A stretch of 63,920 nucleotides of DNA, filler included, from Vicugna vicugna (taxonomy: Eukaryota), in assembly GCA_013265495.1 (NCBI GenBank). It is 76 parts of 74 records of this genome, joined end to end, with 100 filler letters (N's around TTAATTAATTAA, not from the genome) between each part and the next. Parts side by side here need not be neighbours in the genome. Positions count along the whole stretch, not along the records: positions 60,876 to 61,737 come from PNXW01003234.1; positions 61,838 to 62,579 come from MU058115.1; positions 62,680 to 63,183 come from PNXW01003237.1; positions 63,284 to 63,920 come from MU058116.1; 72 more parts are not named here. One strand, 5' to 3'. A model generated the notes under the pieces. The model did no database searches, was not told the origin of the DNA, and worked only from the letters and a program-made list of their open reading frames with translations. Position 1 is the stretch's first letter. Every line of letters begins with the position of its first letter. Positions 61,561 through 63,920 of this stretch are shown piece after piece. Made by a program: the position numbers and the translations under genes.

Positions 61561-62014
61561 CAAATTTGGAGCAAGGTCAGAGGGACTATAATAAAGACTC
61601 ACGTTTTCCTCCTGCCCTGCTGTTGTTTTAATTTTTACAGCCATCTCATTACTTTTATTATTAAATGATTTTAAAAGAAAACATTAACTGGAAGCAGTGA
61701 ATAGAAATCATTGCTGGGGAAAGAGACTAAAAGCTGANNNNNNNNNNNNNNNNNNNNNNNNNNNNNNNNNNNNNNNNNNNNTTAATTAATTAANNNNNNN
61801 NNNNNNNNNNNNNNNNNNNNNNNNNNNNNNNNNNNNNAAATAATGTTGTTAATAACAGGGTATATGCATCTTTTTGAATTAACTTATTTTGTGGTTGGCT
61901 TTATTCCTTTGATAACCATGTAGTTTTAAAAACTAAAGCTCTAGACATTCTTAGAAACAATGAACAGTACATATATGTCAATTTAAAAATATGTGTGCCG
62001 TAAAAAAAAAAGAA

Positions 62015-62550
62015 AGAAAAAAGGAGCTATCAAGCCATGAAAGACATGGAANNNNNNNNNNNNNNNNNNNNNNNNNNNNNNNNNNNNNNNNNNNNNNNNN
62101 NNNNNNNNNNNNNNNNNNNNNNNNNNNNNNNNNNNNNNNNNNNNNNNNNNNNNNNNNNNNNNNNNNNNNAATGATAAAATGTGGTTTCCAGGTGTTTGGG
62201 GAGAGGTAGAGAGGGATGAATAGATAGAGCACAACGGATTTTTGGGGCAATGTAATTATTCTGTAGGATACTATATTGGTGGCTACATGTCATTATCCAT
62301 TTGTCAAAACCCATGGAATGTACAACATCAAGAGTGAAGCCTAATTAATGTAAACTATGGACTTTGGTTAATAATAATGTGCCCATATTGGTTCATCAAT
62401 TTACCACATATGCCACACTGATGAGGGATGTTAACTGTAGGGAAGTATATATATGTAGGTGGGGGGGCTATGTGTGAACTCTGTATTTTCTGCTCATTTC
62501 TGCTGTGAACCTGAAAATGCTCTAAAAAAAATAGAGTCTATTAATAAAAA
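62015..62550 (+). mobile_element. L1MC-type 3' end
   Basis: GAGCTATCAAGCCATGAAAGACATGGA; ACATGTCATTAT.CATTTGTCAAAACCCAT.GAATGTACAACA.CAAGAGTGAA; TGTAAACTATGGACTTTGG; TGCTGTGAACCTGAAAATGCTCTAAAAAA. Confidence 0.85.
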
Positions 62551-63920
62551 ATATCCAATATGAGAATGTCTCTTCTAACNNNNNNNNNNNNNNNNNNNNN
62601 NNNNNNNNNNNNNNNNNNNNNNNTTAATTAATTAANNNNNNNNNNNNNNNNNNNNNNNNNNNNNNNNNNNNNNNNNNNNGAGTATTACAAGCATCATTAA
62701 TTCAAGATCAGAATGACCATGGTCTCAAATCGACAATTAAGAAAAACCTAATTCTAGGCTAACCTAAGATTCATGTAAGTCACTGATTAAAAGTTGTTAA
62801 TTTTCCTCTATTTGCTAGTCACTATGAATATAAAAATCAACCACTGAGGGACTTGAACTATTAGGAAAGCTAGATATGTAAACAAATAACTGAAGCAATA
62901 TAATAAGTGTTGCTACAAGCATACATGTGGTGTTAGTAAAATGTAACATAGGACACACAAATTACCACATGCACACAGCTTGAAAGGAAACAATTTAGCC
63001 TGTCCCGAGTTTTATTTTCACATGAAATTTACAAAATTTTAGATGCGTTTTATTGTCACATGAAATTTACAAAAAAAAAAAATGCCTTTAGTTTAGTTTT
63101 CTAGAGAAGGACTAGTCAAGACCAGGAGAGTGAAGTAGGAAGATCAAAACAAGAATAAGTCTTACAAGTTTCTTACAAGTATTNNNNNNNNNNNNNNNNN
63201 NNNNNNNNNNNNNNNNNNNNNNNNNNNTTAATTAATTAANNNNNNNNNNNNNNNNNNNNNNNNNNNNNNNNNNNNNNNNNNNNACAGAGAAAACAGAAGG
63301 GATATCAAGTAATGGAGGGACTTCAGAGAAGTACAAATGGTGACTTTGACACCACCAGCTGCTGACATGATCTTAGCAGGAATTTGTGAGAAGTGGTGGG
63401 TGTCATTGCAAGCAGGAGAGTCCTGCAGCTCTTGGGGTGAACAGGCAAAGGGGAGAGCAGTTAAAGTGACCACCCGGGGGCTATTTGTGTCCTGAATGTG
63501 AAAATGGTCCCCTGTTCAATTTTACAGCCACAACTTCACATGACTCAGGGCATTATTTCCACCAGAAAACCATAAAAACATAAACAACCTCTGTTTTCCA
63601 AAGTGTTTGTTCTCGATCTGAGATGATTGTCCTGTGGTGGGAGGTAAGNNNNNNNNNNNNNNNNNNNNNNNNNNNNNNNNNNNNNNNNNNNNNNNNNNNN
63701 NNNNNNNNNNNNNNNNNNNNNNNNNNNNNNNNNNNNNNNNNNNNNNNNNNNNNNNNNNNNNNNNNNNNNNNNNNNNNNNNNNNNNNNNNNNNNNNNNNNN
63801 NNNNNNNNNNNNNNNNNNNNNNNNNNNNNNNNNNNNNNNNNNNNNTGGAAATCACCAGAGCAAATAATAGGCATATATAGAAACTATATTGTTGGTAAGA
63901 TGTCTGCAGAAGTTTTGCAG

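Noticed and set aside
1483..63283. Regularly recurring TTAATTAATTAA palindrome between variable segments, superficially like a CRISPR, integron cassette or nanochromosome architecture
   Set aside because: It is always embedded in exactly 44 N on each side. It is a bioinformatic six-frame-stop linker, so neighbouring segments are not physically adjacent and no synteny can be inferred.
112..63880. Many long ORFs in the supplied track containing X runs or ending in LIN, N or X
   Set aside because: They are read-through of N gaps terminated by the linker, not genes.

Overview
This window is not a contiguous locus. It is a concatenation of about 76 short unplaced scaffolds (about 0.2-1.5 kb each, many with internal N gaps), joined by about 75 copies of an artificial 100-bp linker, N44-TTAATTAATTAA-N44, which has stops in all six frames. 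The DNA is eutherian mammalian (L1, L2, MIR, MaLR, ERV1 LTR and MER3/33 fragments). It is probably camelid, which is an inference from the artiodactyl-type L1/LTRs, the lack of recognisable lineage SINEs and a dominant 267-bp satellite. About half of the scaffolds (38) are satellite DNA in five classes: (A) a homogeneous, CpG-rich 267-bp satellite; (C) a strongly diverged relative of A, arranged as a ~795-bp trimer in one scaffold; (B) an AT-rich ~740-bp trimer of ~247-bp subunits; (D) a ~245-bp satellite that aligns colinearly with B; (E) a 7-bp (AGAATAY)-based satellite. Satellite strands are arbitrary relative orientations. The only gene fragment I recognise is a frameshifted T-cell receptor alpha V segment (TRAV18/mouse Trav12-like). 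There is also a CpG-island edge with a possible first exon. Almost all ORFs in the supplied track are N read-through or satellite translations. I found no well-supported novel gene system; the most interesting signals are the internal architecture and shared ancestry of the satellite families.
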